Numbered from the stretch's first letter, positions 18,850-28,840 are shown. The stretch is DNA of 64,000 nucleotides from an uncultured Acidobacteriota bacterium (GCA_963813155.1 CAWEYG010000001.1:608001-672000), one strand, 5' to 3'. The notes: generated by a model not told the origin, from the sequence alone. Numbers and translations: made by a program.

Positions 18850-19572
18850 GTGGCACCGAATACCGACCTTCCGCCGGACCCGAAGAAGAAGCCAGGACGG
18901 GCTCGCCGCTTCGCGAAGGAGATGCAGGAGCTCGTTCTCATCGGCCTCCTCATTCTCTCCGGCCGCTCCGTGCTCGCCGACTGGTACCAGGTTCCCACCG
19001 GCTCCATGAAGCCGACGATTCTCGAGGGCGACCGCGTCTTCGTCGCGAAGTGCGCCTACCAGATTCGCTTCCCTTTTTCGGCGATCCGGCTCTTCTCGGT
19101 CGCGGCCCCGAAACGGGGCGACGTGGTCGTCCTGCGAAATCCCGACGGGGGCTCCATTCCGCTCGTCAAACGCGTCGTGGGGCTCCCCGGCGACATGGTC
19201 GAATTGAAGGGCGAGCGCCTGTTCGTCAACGGAGCGTTCCAGCCGTTGCAGCTCCGGCCCTCGGAAGCCGAAGCCCACGAACGCGCGTGGGTGGGCACCG
19301 AAAAGCTAAACGGGCAGATCCATCCCGTGCAGATTCTCCCGGATCGACCCGCGCTTCGGACGTTCGGCCCGATCCGCGTTCCCGACGGGGAAGTGTTTCT
19401 GATGGGGGACAACCGCGACGACAGCCGCGACGGCCGCTACTTCGGGCCGCGCCCGATTTCCGACCTCCTCGGAAAGGCCGAGGGAATCTTCTGGAGCTGG
19501 AACCCGGCGTTCTGGAAGGGACCGCGCCTCTCCCGATTCGGTCGGCCCCTCGCGAGCGCGCCGAAGGGTTAG
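18850..19572 (+). CDS. lepB: Signal peptidase I
   Basis: VPTGSMKPT, VKRVVGLPGD and MGDNRDDSRDGR. Confidence 0.93.
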   Translation: MAPNTDLPPDPKKKPGRARRFAKEMQELVLIGLLILSGRSVLADWYQVPTGSMKPTILEGDRVFVAKCAYQIRFPFSAIRLFSVAAPKRGDVVVLRNPDGGSIPLVKRVVGLPGDMVELKGERLFVNGAFQPLQLRPSEAEAHERAWVGTEKLNGQIHPVQILPDRPALRTFGPIRVPDGEVFLMGDNRDDSRDGRYFGPRPISDLLGKAEGIFWSWNPAFWKGPRLSRFGRPLASAPKG

Positions 19573-20112
19573 CGCCGGACTTCTCGAATCAGGTCCCCGA
19601 CCGCGTCCAGGACCTCCGACGAAAAATCGGGCCCGGTCACGTCGAATTCGGCGCGCGTCTCGCCGGCCGGGTCGACGAGCAGGACGGTTCCAGGGGGAAC
19701 CGAGGCGGGGTCCCCGGAGAGAAACACCCAGCGCCCGGGCTTCGCGCCGAACTCCGTTGCGAGCTCCGACATCCGTCCCGGCTCCCGAAGCGCCGGATCC
19801 GAGACGAAGACCACCAGCACGACGCCCCGGGCTTTCTCGAGAGAGGTCTGGAGATCGGCCATCTTGAGTGCCAGGACCGCGCAGAACGAGCACTTCCCGG
19901 GGAACGAGCTCGCGAGCCAGATCGAGCCGCGCAGGTCGGCGCTCCGCCAGACCCTGCCGGACGCGTCGGACAGCGCAAACTCCGGGAATCTGCCGAATCG
20001 GGGAAGATGGCTCGACCGGCCGCACGGAAATCCCCCGAAGGTAAATTCCCGCCGCCGCGAGGAGGATCAGGAAAGCGCCCGAGGCGACGTGCAGCCGAAC
20101 TCTCGAATTCAA
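19569..20112 (-). CDS. SCO/redoxin-family protein (frameshifted near 19985)
   Basis: N-terminal TM, EFALSDASG...DLRGSIW, CSFC, VSDP...WVFLSG, LVDPAG. Confidence 0.65.
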
Positions 20113-20135
20113 CGGGTCACGCTACCATGCTCGCC

Positions 20136-20251
20136 CGAGCGGGTGGTGCGGGGCGAGACTCCCGTTTACCGCTCGCGACGCCGGTGTAGCAAAGTCCTCA
20201 GGCTCGCGGCGAGCGGAAAAGAGGAGCGAGCCCCGCGACAGGACCCGCCCG
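20136..20251 (+). repeat. Family-A hairpin repeat, copy 2
   Basis: Matches 14855..14970 with a few substitutions. Confidence 0.9.
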
Positions 20252-20274
20252 GCTGAGCCGGCATTGAAAGCCCC

Positions 20275-20868
20275 TCAGATGAGATAAATGACCGTGAACA
20301 GGATGATCCACACGAGATCGACGAAATGCCAGTACAGCCCGACGTTCTCGATTCCCTCGTGGTCGTGGTCGTAGCCGCCGCGGAACGCCCGGATCGTCAC
20401 GAAGCTCATGCAGATGACGCCGCAGAGAACGTGGAATCCGTGAAAGCCCGTCGTCGTGAAGAAGACCGACCCGAACAGGCTCTTGTGCGGCGTGAAGTGC
20501 TCGACGAAGAGCAGGTGGTGATACTCGAAGACCTGAACGCCCAGGAAGCTGGCGCCGATCAGCGTCGTCGCGAGGAGAAACATCCGGCATTTCCGCATCT
20601 CGCGGTTCTGCGCGGCCGACAGCGCGAGCACCATCGTGACGGACGAGCAGATCAGAAGGAACGTGTTGAACGCCGTCAGCGGAACGTTCAGGATCGTGCT
20701 CGGCACCGGCCACATCGCCGACCCGAACCGGAGAACGATGTAGCCCCCGATCAACCCCGTGAAAAACATCACCTCGGAGCAGAGGAACACCCACATCCCG
20801 AGCTTCTTGTTCGGAAGGCCGACCCCCGCCTCGGTCTCCATCGCGTGCGTTGCGGTCATCGCATCCAT
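20275..20868 (-). CDS. coxC: Cytochrome c oxidase subunit III
   Basis: WVFLCSEVMFF, TGFHGFHV and YWHFVDLVW. Confidence 0.95.
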   Translation of the reverse strand: MDAMTATHAMETEAGVGLPNKKLGMWVFLCSEVMFFTGLIGGYIVLRFGSAMWPVPSTILNVPLTAFNTFLLICSSVTMVLALSAAQNREMRKCRMFLLATTLIGASFLGVQVFEYHHLLFVEHFTPHKSLFGSVFFTTTGFHGFHVLCGVICMSFVTIRAFRGGYDHDHEGIENVGLYWHFVDLVWIILFTVIYLI

Positions 20869-20899
20869 TTCATCTCCTCGATTTTCACGTTTGCTTTCC

Positions 20900-21229
20900 T
20901 CATCGCGGCGGCATGACCGTCGAGGGCGAGTGGAAGAGCCATTGCATCATGTTGGCGAAGACCAGGATCATCGCGAGTACGAACGTCAGGCTGATCGTGA
21001 TTCCGAGGCTCACCCGTTCGAACCGAAGGTGCATGAAATAGAGGGCGACGAGCAGCGCCTTCACGATCGCCATTCCCACGAGGAGCACGATCATCTCCCC
21101 CTTGGGAAGCGTGAGCTTCAGCGAGGCCAGGACCTCGAGGACCGTCAGAACGAGAAGCCAGGCCCAGATCTTCCAGTAGAACGCCGGCTTCGGGTGCGCC
21201 GCGTGCTCCGCGGGATCCATCACGTCCAT
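20900..21229 (-). CDS. coxD: Cytochrome c oxidase subunit IV family protein
   Basis: LTVLEV and KALLVALYFMHLRFE. Confidence 0.88.
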   Translation of the reverse strand: MDVMDPAEHAAHPKPAFYWKIWAWLLVLTVLEVLASLKLTLPKGEMIVLLVGMAIVKALLVALYFMHLRFERVSLGITISLTFVLAMILVFANMMQWLFHSPSTVMPPR

Positions 21230-21441
21230 GAACTCTCTCCTTCCCCTCGGTGCTCCGCACCGTTCACAAAGAGTTCCGAATGCAGAACGGTCCGCGACTT
21301 CCGGCCGTTCTGCGCGATGAAGCAGGCCGCCCCGAGTCCCAGAAACGTAATCACCGCCGCGATGACCCACGCGGTCCGCCGAAGCCGCCTTCGGAGCTCC
21401 GGAGACCGCTCTTCGCCGGCGACTTCTTCGACGGTCTTCAT
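21220..21441 (-). CDS. Small single-TM protein in the cox operon
   Basis: The ATG overlaps the ctaB stop; one TM helix. Confidence 0.5.
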   Translation of the reverse strand: MKTVEEVAGEERSPELRRRLRRTAWVIAAVITFLGLGAACFIAQNGRKSRTVLHSELFVNGAEHRGEGESSWT

Positions 21442-22337
21442 GACACCTTGTCCCAGTACGCGAGCGTCAACAGCACCGGAAGATACAGGATCGACGACCA
21501 GAAGAGCCACTTCGCCGAGGCCGTCGACCGGCGGATCGCAAACACGAGAGCGGCGGCGGCGAACGCCACGCCGCAGAAAACCGCGCCTCCAAAATAGACG
21601 CGGCCCGTGATTCGCAGGGCCGCGAGGCCGATCGACACCGGAAGCAGCGTCGCGGCGTAGAGAAACGCCTGCCGTCCGGTCGAGCCCCCGTCCGGCTCGA
21701 GAACGGGAAGCATCGGAAATCCGGCGCGCGCATAGTCCTGGCGGTACAGCCAGGCGATCGCGAGGAAGTGCGGCATCTGCCAGAGGAAAAGGATCGTGAA
21801 AAGCACCCACGCTCCGGGCTCGATCCTGCCGGCGCCGGCCGCCCACCCGATCATCGGCGGAATCGCGCCCGGGATCGCCCCGACGACGGTCGCGAGCGAA
21901 GTCACCCGCTTGAGGGGCGTGTAGACGAGGACGTAGAGAAGGAGCGATCCGGCGGCGAGCGCCGCGGCGACGGCGTTGACGGCCAGAAGGAGCTGCAGGA
22001 TGCCCGCGATCGACAGCGCGAACGCGAAGATCAACGCGGGAATGACGTCGATCCGGCCCGACGGGAGAGCTCGCTGCGCCGTCCGCCGCATGCGGGCGTC
22101 GAGGTCGCGCTCCCAGACCTGGTTGAACGCCGCGGCCCCTCCCGCGACGAGGCCCGTGCCGACGAGCGCCCAGAGGAGGACGGAGGGCTCGGGGACGCGT
22201 TTCGCCAGGAGGTAGCCGAGGCCGGTCGTCACGAGCACGAGCGTGTTCACCCGGGGCTTCGCGAGCGAAACGAAGTCGCCCCACTTTCCGCGCGCGGCGG
22301 CCATCGGAGCCTGGGCGACCGGGGGAATCGAGCTCAT
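21438..22337 (-). CDS. ctaB: Protoheme IX farnesyltransferase (heme O synthase)
   Basis: LAKPR, ERDLDARMRRT, YTPLKR and WQMPHF. Confidence 0.95.
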   Translation of the reverse strand: MSSIPPVAQAPMAAARGKWGDFVSLAKPRVNTLVLVTTGLGYLLAKRVPEPSVLLWALVGTGLVAGGAAAFNQVWERDLDARMRRTAQRALPSGRIDVIPALIFAFALSIAGILQLLLAVNAVAAALAAGSLLLYVLVYTPLKRVTSLATVVGAIPGAIPPMIGWAAGAGRIEPGAWVLFTILFLWQMPHFLAIAWLYRQDYARAGFPMLPVLEPDGGSTGRQAFLYAATLLPVSIGLAALRITGRVYFGGAVFCGVAFAAAALVFAIRRSTASAKWLFWSSILYLPVLLTLAYWDKVS

Positions 22338-23368
22338 CGCGCGCCTCCCGCCGCGATCCGCGACGGCCGGACGCCCGCGGCGCGCCCTTCCAGGAACGCT
22401 TCCCGGAAGACGAAGATCGACATTCCCGCCGCGCACGCGAGCAGGACCGCGCCCAGCGTCTGGTGCGCGACCGTCACGGGCACGGCCTTCCTCGTCCAGA
22501 TCGAAAAGGCGCCGAGCAGCACCTGGAGCGGAAGCAGGATCGCCAGGAAACGGGCGGCGCGCCGGGCGCCGGAGCTCGCGCTGCGGCGAAAAACGAGGGT
22601 AACCGCCGTGAATACCGTTGCCGCGACGACGAGCGCCCACACACGATGGGCGAAATGAATCGCGATCTTCGAATTCCAGTGATCCGGGAGGACCGCGCCG
22701 AACGAGAAGGGAAAATCCGGAATCGCGAGGCCCGCCGCGCTGTGGCGCATCCAGGCGCCGAGCACGAGCTGGACGTAGAGGACGGTGAAGCAGGCGATCG
22801 AGGCCGTGGCGGCGGCGTTCCGCTCGGCAAATGCTCTCGACCGCTCGGCCGCAGTTCGCTTTCCCTCGGGTCTCGAGCCCAGCCTGCGCGAAACGCCGCT
22901 CATCGCCGGGTTCTCGTCGGCGTGAACGCCGGTGTCGCTCCAGCTCCTGCTCGTGAAGATCGCTATCGCGAGCGTCAGGCAGAAGAACGTCTGCGCGAGG
23001 CAGGCGTGCGCGACCGAGATCGGCGTGGGGAGAAGGTACTTGACGGTCAATCCTCCCAACACGCCCTGGAGAACGACCGCGAAGACGGCGACTCCACCGA
23101 GGACTCTCATCCAGCGCCGCCCGTCGGCGATCAGGATCCAGACCGCGAGACCGACCGTGAGAATTCCGACGGTCGCGGCGATCAGCCGGTGGGAATGTTC
23201 GAACAGGATCCCGCCGACCCAGTGCGAGGGGGGAAACGTGAACATGTTCTGGCCGTACGTCGTCGGCCAGTCCGGAACCGAAAGACCCGACTCCGTCGAG
23301 GTGACGAGGCCGCCCGCGATGAGCAGCAGGAACGTCGCCGCGAAGAGCGTCTTCGCCAGAGCGGCCAT
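22334..23368 (-). CDS. ctaA: Heme A synthase (COX15/CtaA)
   Basis: GGLVTSTESGLSVPDWP, FEHSHR and HFAHR. Confidence 0.92.
   Translation of the reverse strand: MAALAKTLFAATFLLLIAGGLVTSTESGLSVPDWPTTYGQNMFTFPPSHWVGGILFEHSHRLIAATVGILTVGLAVWILIADGRRWMRVLGGVAVFAVVLQGVLGGLTVKYLLPTPISVAHACLAQTFFCLTLAIAIFTSRSWSDTGVHADENPAMSGVSRRLGSRPEGKRTAAERSRAFAERNAAATASIACFTVLYVQLVLGAWMRHSAAGLAIPDFPFSFGAVLPDHWNSKIAIHFAHRVWALVVAATVFTAVTLVFRRSASSGARRAARFLAILLPLQVLLGAFSIWTRKAVPVTVAHQTLGAVLLACAAGMSIFVFREAFLEGRAAGVRPSRIAAGGAR
22823..22889 (-). repeat. Family-B ~68-bp repeat, copy inside the ctaA coding sequence
   Basis: GCGCAGGCTGG...CCCGAGGGAAAGCGAACTGCGGCCGAG...TTGCCGAG, matching 33197..33264. Confidence 0.85.
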
Positions 23369-25143
23369 CAGTGAGACGGCAGGGGGGCCGGCGCGGGCTG
23401 CGTCTGCGGCAGGTAGTCCTGCGCCATGCCCGGGACGCTGTACTCGTACGGCCCGTGGTACACGATCGGAATCTGGGCAAAGTTCTCGTGCGGAGGCGGC
23501 GAGCTCGTCTGCCACTCCAGCGTGTTCGACTTCCAGGGATTGTCGCCGACCCGCTCTCCCTTCCGGAGGCTCCAGAAGAAGTTCGCGATCAGGATCAACT
23601 GGGAAACCCCGAGCGCGAAAGCCGAGAACGACATGAAGATGTTCATCGGCTGAAGGCCCTTCAGGTGCGTGTACTGCGTGTAGTCGTAGATGCGGCGCTG
23701 CATCCCGCGCATGCCGAGGATGTGCATGGGAAACATCACGCCGTTGAAGAAAATGAACGTGAGCCAGAAGTGAACCTTGCCCCACGTCTCGTTCATCATG
23801 CGCCCGAACATCTTGGGGAACCAGAAGTAGAGCCCCGCGAACGCGCCGAAGAGAGAACCGCCGAACAGCACGTAGTGAATGTGCCCGACGATGAAGTACG
23901 TGTCGTGGATGAAGATATCGACCGGCGTCGACGCCATGAAGATGCCCGACAGGCCGCCGATCGCGAACATCGCGACGAAGGCGATCGCGTTCAGCATCGG
24001 CGTCGTGAAGTGGATCTGGCCGCGCCACAGGGTCCCCAGCCAGTTGAACGTCTTGATCGCCGACGGCACCGCGATCACCATCGTCGAGATCATGAACGTC
24101 GTTCCGAGATACGGGTTCATGCCCGACTGGAACATGTGGTGGCCCCACACGATCCAGCCGAGACCCGCGATCGCGCACATCGCGTACGCCATCGAGCGGT
24201 ACCCGAAGATCGGCTTGCGCGCGAAAACCGCGATCACGTCCGACACGATTCCCATCGACGGGAGGATCATGATGTACACCTCGGGGTGCCCGAAGAACCA
24301 GAAGAGGTGCTGCCAGAGGAGCGGCTGGCCCCCGCCGGCGTTCGTCCACGCGGTCCCCGAAACGACCATGCCGGCCGGCAGGAAGAACGTCGTGCCGAGA
24401 ACGCGGTCGAAGAGAAGCATGATCATCGCGGCCGAAAGCACGGGAAGCGCGAGAAGGAGCAGAACGGCGTCGATGAACAGCGCCCACACCGTCAGCGGCA
24501 TCCGGAAGAAGTGCATCCCCGGCGCGCGGAGGTTGACGACCGTCGTGATGAAGTTCACGGATGTGAGAAGCGAAGACAGGCCCATGAACAGCAGGGAAAG
24601 CAGCCAGATCGTCTGTCCCCGCGGCTGGATCGCGGAAAGGGGCGCGTACGAGGTCCAGCCCGATTGCGCGGCGCCGCCCTCGACGAAGAACGAGTAGATG
24701 ATGAGGAATCCGCCCGGCACCGCCGTCCAGAAGGACATCATGTTGAGCCGCGGGAAGGCCATGTCGCGGGCGCCGATCTGCAGCGGAACGACGTAGTTTC
24801 CGAACGCGCCGATGAGCAGGGGCATGATCGCGAAAAAGATCATGATCGTCGCGTGCATCGTGAAGAGCGAGTTGTAGAACTCCGGCAGCATGATCCCGCC
24901 CGGCATACCGGACGGCGCGATTTTCCCCATGAACGCGAGCGGCCGGCCCGGGAACGCCATCTGCCAGCGGACGAGCATCGCGAGCAGGCCGCCGACGACG
25001 AGCATCATCAGGCTGTAGCCCATGTACTGAATTCCGATCACCTTGTGATCGATCGAAAAAACGTACTTGCGCCAGAACGACGTCGGAGCCGCGTGGACTC
25101 CGGGGGCATGCGCGGCGGGATGGACGGCGGCCGTGTCACTCAT
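23368..25143 (-). CDS. coxA: Cytochrome c oxidase subunit I (A1 type)
   Basis: DHKVIG, TMHA, WFFGHPEVY, WGHHMF and GHIHYV. Confidence 0.97.
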   Translation of the reverse strand: MSDTAAVHPAAHAPGVHAAPTSFWRKYVFSIDHKVIGIQYMGYSLMMLVVGGLLAMLVRWQMAFPGRPLAFMGKIAPSGMPGGIMLPEFYNSLFTMHATIMIFFAIMPLLIGAFGNYVVPLQIGARDMAFPRLNMMSFWTAVPGGFLIIYSFFVEGGAAQSGWTSYAPLSAIQPRGQTIWLLSLLFMGLSSLLTSVNFITTVVNLRAPGMHFFRMPLTVWALFIDAVLLLLALPVLSAAMIMLLFDRVLGTTFFLPAGMVVSGTAWTNAGGGQPLLWQHLFWFFGHPEVYIMILPSMGIVSDVIAVFARKPIFGYRSMAYAMCAIAGLGWIVWGHHMFQSGMNPYLGTTFMISTMVIAVPSAIKTFNWLGTLWRGQIHFTTPMLNAIAFVAMFAIGGLSGIFMASTPVDIFIHDTYFIVGHIHYVLFGGSLFGAFAGLYFWFPKMFGRMMNETWGKVHFWLTFIFFNGVMFPMHILGMRGMQRRIYDYTQYTHLKGLQPMNIFMSFSAFALGVSQLILIANFFWSLRKGERVGDNPWKSNTLEWQTSSPPPHENFAQIPIVYHGPYEYSVPGMAQDYLPQTQPAPAPLPSH

Positions 25144-25913
25144 TACTTCGACTCCGTTTTGTTTTCCGCGGCGGTCTCCGCCAGCCACTTCTGAAAGTCT
25201 TCCGGCGAGTCCACGGTCAGGTATCCCTTCATTTTATAGTGCCCGAGGCCGCACAGCTCCGCGCAGGCGATCTCCCAGTGGCCCGTGTGCTTCGCCTGGA
25301 CCCACACCCGCGTCGTCATGCCGGGAACGGCGTCCTGCTTGATGCGAAATTCCGGCAGAAAGAACGAGTGGATGACGTCCTTCGAGTGGAGCGAGATCAG
25401 CGCCGGCTTGTCGACCGGAAAATGGAGCTGATTCAGCGTGACGATGTCGTCCGCCGTGTTGAGCACGCCGTCGGGGCCCGGGTACCGGATGTTCCAGGCA
25501 AATTGTTCCGCGGTGATGTCGATCACCGTGCCCTGCGTCGGGAAGTGATTTCGGATGTAGGCCCAGGAGTCCTGCGACATGACGGCGAGCAAAACGAGAA
25601 CGATCGCGGGAATGATCGTCCAGATCACCTCGAGGCGATTGCTCCCGTGCGTGTACGTCGCCTTTCCGCCCGGTTTCGCCCGGTACTTGAAGACGAAGAC
25701 CAGCAGTGTGATCTCCACGAGGAAGAAGACGATGCCGGTGATCCAGAGGATCAGGTTGAAGAGGCCGTCGATCCGCCCCGCGTACGTCGAGGCCTGCTCG
25801 GGAAGCTGCCACGGAGCCGACGGCTCGCTCGCGGCGGAAAGGAGAGACGGCGCCGCCAGCAGGGCGGCGCCGAGAATCAAACTCATCCAGAGGACGCGGC
25901 GATCTCTCATCAC
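25143..25913 (-). CDS. coxB: Cytochrome c oxidase subunit II (CuA; no fused cytochrome c)
   Basis: LEVIWTIIP, DVIHSF and CAELCGLGHYKM. Confidence 0.96.
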   Translation of the reverse strand: MMRDRRVLWMSLILGAALLAAPSLLSAASEPSAPWQLPEQASTYAGRIDGLFNLILWITGIVFFLVEITLLVFVFKYRAKPGGKATYTHGSNRLEVIWTIIPAIVLVLLAVMSQDSWAYIRNHFPTQGTVIDITAEQFAWNIRYPGPDGVLNTADDIVTLNQLHFPVDKPALISLHSKDVIHSFFLPEFRIKQDAVPGMTTRVWVQAKHTGHWEIACAELCGLGHYKMKGYLTVDSPEDFQKWLAETAAENKTESK

Positions 25914-25920
25914 CTTGAGC

Positions 25921-26751
25921 TTAGGAGGCCTTGTAGCTGAAGTCCGCCGTCTTGGCTTCCGAGCCGGTCACGGTGACGTTCTGGTCCTGCGGCCCGAATT
26001 TCTCCTGCCACGACTCGATCACGTAGGTTCCCGGCGGAAGGCCCGTGATCTTGTAGTTTCCGTCCTTGTCGGTCACCGCGAAAAACGGATGGTCGAACAC
26101 GCCGCAATACGACGACATCCACTTGTGGACGTCGCACTTGATGTGGAAGGGCGGCAGCTCGGCCTTGTCGAACACTTTTTCCTGGGTCATGCCCTTGATC
26201 GGCATGCCGATGTTGAACTGCGCGTTGACGGCCGGAAGCGGGTGAATGTTGTGGAGCGTCGAATCGCTGTTGACGATCTTGACCTTCTGCCCGGCGCGCA
26301 CGCCGAAGACGTGCGGCGAGTACATGCAGCCCTGCTGGTCCAGGGTCACCGGATCGCTCGGAACGGGATACTTCGTCCCGGCCGGCACGCCGCTCTTGAC
26401 GAAAACCATCGCCCACTGGAGGGCGCCGTTGTTCGCAACGACTTCCTGCGACTCGACGGGCGTCGTGTGCATCGACTTGCAGTAGTTGTCGGCGTCCATC
26501 TTGAGCTTCTCCATCGCGGGAGCGTTCCCGGCGAGGGAGACCTTGCCGGAGATCGTCGCTCCGCCGGCCGCAGCCGCGGCAGCAGCGGGAGCGCCGGCGG
26601 CCACCGTCGTGGTGGTCGTCGTTGCTGTTGCGGTCGTCGCGCTCTTCTCTTCAAACGCGGGAGTCTCTTCTTTCGCTCCGCCGCCGCAGCCCACGGCGAG
26701 AATCGGAAGCGCGGCCACGGCCGCCAGCCAGAAATACTTTCGGTTGGACAT
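25921..26751 (-). CDS. Lipoprotein with cupredoxin-like and carboxypeptidase-regulatory-like domains
   Basis: Lipobox AVGC, LDQQGCMYSPHV, HNIH and CDVHKWM; SD GAGGAG. Confidence 0.8.
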   Translation of the reverse strand: MSNRKYFWLAAVAALPILAVGCGGGAKEETPAFEEKSATTATATTTTTTVAAGAPAAAAAAAGGATISGKVSLAGNAPAMEKLKMDADNYCKSMHTTPVESQEVVANNGALQWAMVFVKSGVPAGTKYPVPSDPVTLDQQGCMYSPHVFGVRAGQKVKIVNSDSTLHNIHPLPAVNAQFNIGMPIKGMTQEKVFDKAELPPFHIKCDVHKWMSSYCGVFDHPFFAVTDKDGNYKITGLPPGTYVIESWQEKFGPQDQNVTVTGSEAKTADFSYKAS

Positions 26752-26797
26752 TTTTTCGCTCCTCATTCCATATTCCCTTCCACCCGGTCGGTCTTGC

Positions 26798-26815
26798 TTG
26801 TGAAAATTGTCACAA
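26798..26815. promoter_or_regulatory. Rex- or CRP/FNR-like palindromic operator between the cox and ccm operons
   Basis: TTGTGAAAATTGTCACAA: one mismatch to Rex TTGTGAA-N4-TTCACAA and a perfect TGTGA-N6-TCACA. Confidence 0.65.
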
Positions 26816-26884
26816 AGCGCGGATGCTAGCACACGGGTCAAGGTCCTTCAAGGAAAAGCCCCCGTGCTATCGTCCTCCGCGATC

Positions 26885-27497
26885 ATGAAATTCGAAGCGA
26901 GCGGCGTCTCGAAGGCGTTCGAAGGGCCGCCAATCTTCCGGGACATCTCGATCTCGGCCGAGCGCGGCCTCGTCGCCGTGACCGGGCGCAACGGGAGCGG
27001 CAAGTCGACGCTCGTCAAGATCTTCGCGGGGTTGATGCGGCCGACGAAGGGGAGCGATCCGGATCCATGACGACAGCGGCGCTGCCGTCGAGGACGACCA
27101 TCGCCGGTTCGTCGGCTGGACTTCGCCCGAAGTCGAGTTTCCCGACGAGCTCACGGCGGAGGAAAACCTCCTGCTCCTCGCCCGCGCTGGCGGTATCGAC
27201 CGCTCAGGGCCGAGGTTGCGGGGCTTCTCGATTCCTTCGGCCTGGGGCGCCGAAGCTCGCGGCCGCAGGGTCGGCGAGTACTCCTCCGGCATGAAGCAGC
27301 GCGTGCGGCTCGCATTTTCGCTGCTCTTCGATCCGAAAATCCTGCTATGGGACGAACCGTTCGTGAACCTCGACGCGGAGGGGATCGCGGCCGCGCGGGA
27401 GCAGCTGGCGCGCCAGCGTGAGACGGGGCTCGTGTTCTTCGCCACGAACGTTCGCTCCGAGATCGAGAAGGCGGACCATGAGATCGCGCTTTCTTAG
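26885..27497 (+). CDS. ccmA: Heme exporter ABC ATPase (frameshifted)
   Basis: GRNGSGKST, YSSGMKQR and LLWDEP, found in different frames. Confidence 0.8.
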
Positions 27498-28164
27498 CGA
27501 AACCGGCGCGATCTTCTCGCGCGAGGTGCGCCGCGAGCTGCGCCGCCGCTCGTCGATCACGGCGGTTCTCTTCTTCGCGGGGGCCTCGCTCATCCTGATT
27601 TCGTTTTCGCTCGCCTCCGTTGCGATGCCGGAGGCCGACCGCGGCAAGCTCCACTCGGGGGTCCTCTGGGTGCTTCTCTTTTTCTCCGCGGCCTCGGGCC
27701 TTCCTCGCTCCTTCGTACGCGAGGAAGAGTCGGGAACCGGCCTCGCTCTGCGAAAGGCCGCCGCGGCGGAGCCCGTCTTCGCGGGGAAGTTCCTGTTCAA
27801 CTACCTGCTGTTCCTCGCGATCGCGGCGCTCGCGGCGCCGCTCTACTGCGTTCTCCAGGGCTGGATGCCCACACATCCCTGGGCCTTCGCGGCCGTCCTG
27901 CTGCTCTCGGGTTACGGGCTCGCGTTCGTGTCGACTTTTCTGTCCGCGATCGTGTCCCGGGCGGGTCAGCGCGATCTGCTCTTCGTCCTCACGGCAGTGC
28001 CGCTCGTGCTGCCGCTCCTCCTCGCTGCGGTTTCCGCGTGCGCCCTCGCCTCGAGCGCCGACTCTCTCGCCGAGCTCGGTCCGTACTGGCGCGTTCTCGT
28101 CAGCTACGACGGCCTCGCGACGATCGCGGGATTCGTGCTCGTCCGCTTCGTGTGGGAGGGGTAG
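27478..28164 (+). CDS. ccmB: Heme exporter permease
   Basis: LWVLLFFSA...RSFVREEESGT and GKFLFN; ccm gene context. Confidence 0.88.
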   Translation: MRSRFLSETGAIFSREVRRELRRRSSITAVLFFAGASLILISFSLASVAMPEADRGKLHSGVLWVLLFFSAASGLPRSFVREEESGTGLALRKAAAAEPVFAGKFLFNYLLFLAIAALAAPLYCVLQGWMPTHPWAFAAVLLLSGYGLAFVSTFLSAIVSRAGQRDLLFVLTAVPLVLPLLLAAVSACALASSADSLAELGPYWRVLVSYDGLATIAGFVLVRFVWEG

Positions 28165-28175
28165 AGGGCTAGTTC

Positions 28176-28268
28176 ACCCTCTCCCCCTGTGGGAGAGGGT
28201 CGGGGTGAGGGGTAGGGGCTCGACCCCTCACCCGGCCTTCGGCCGGCCTCTCCCACAAGGGGAGAGGC
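28176..28268. repeat. BoxC/CIR-like palindromic repeat doublet
   Basis: CCCTCTCCC-N-GGGAGAGGG-TCGGGGTGAGGGG plus its inverted copy CCCCTCACCC...CCTCTCCC-N-GGGAGAGG, between convergent genes. Confidence 0.8.
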
Positions 28269-28278
28269 GAATTCGTTC

Positions 28279-28840
28279 CTACGCTGCGGGCTTCGTCGCC
28301 TTCTTCGGCGCGGCCTTCTTCTTCCCCTGCATCCCGCTCGGGTCGTCGGCCGGGTTGACGTACGTCAGCATGAACGGCCCCGTTCCGTGGACCTGAACGA
28401 CCGTCTCGCCCTTGGCCCACGCGAAATGGTGCATGTGCGCCGGCAGCGATACGAAGCTTCCGACCGGGAGCGTGACGCTGCCCTCGTCCTTCAAGCTCGT
28501 CGCCCATTCCCGCGTGGAACTCGCCGGAAATGACCGTCACCTTTTCCACCGTCGGATGCCAGTGCGGCATGATCTTGTAGCCGTCGGGCATCTGCAGCCG
28601 CACGGTGTACTGCCCCGCTTTGCCGGGATTGCCTTCCAGAACGGCCATCTTCGCTCCGGCCGCAAAGACCGGAGGCGCGGCCCCCCACTGGACGTCTCCC
28701 GGCGTGAGAATGACGGGCTTCTCCATCGATGCCATCTTGTGGGCGGGCTTCTTCGCGGCGGATTCGTCCGCGGCAAAGGCCATGGTCGCGGCGAAACCCG
28801 CGAGACACAGGAGAATTGCGGCCGCCTTGAGATTTTTCAT
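28279..28840 (-). CDS. Secreted cupin-domain protein (frameshift near 28495)
   Basis: Signal peptide, PHWHP..E.VTVISG, and MHHFAW...QVHGTGPF. Confidence 0.8.
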
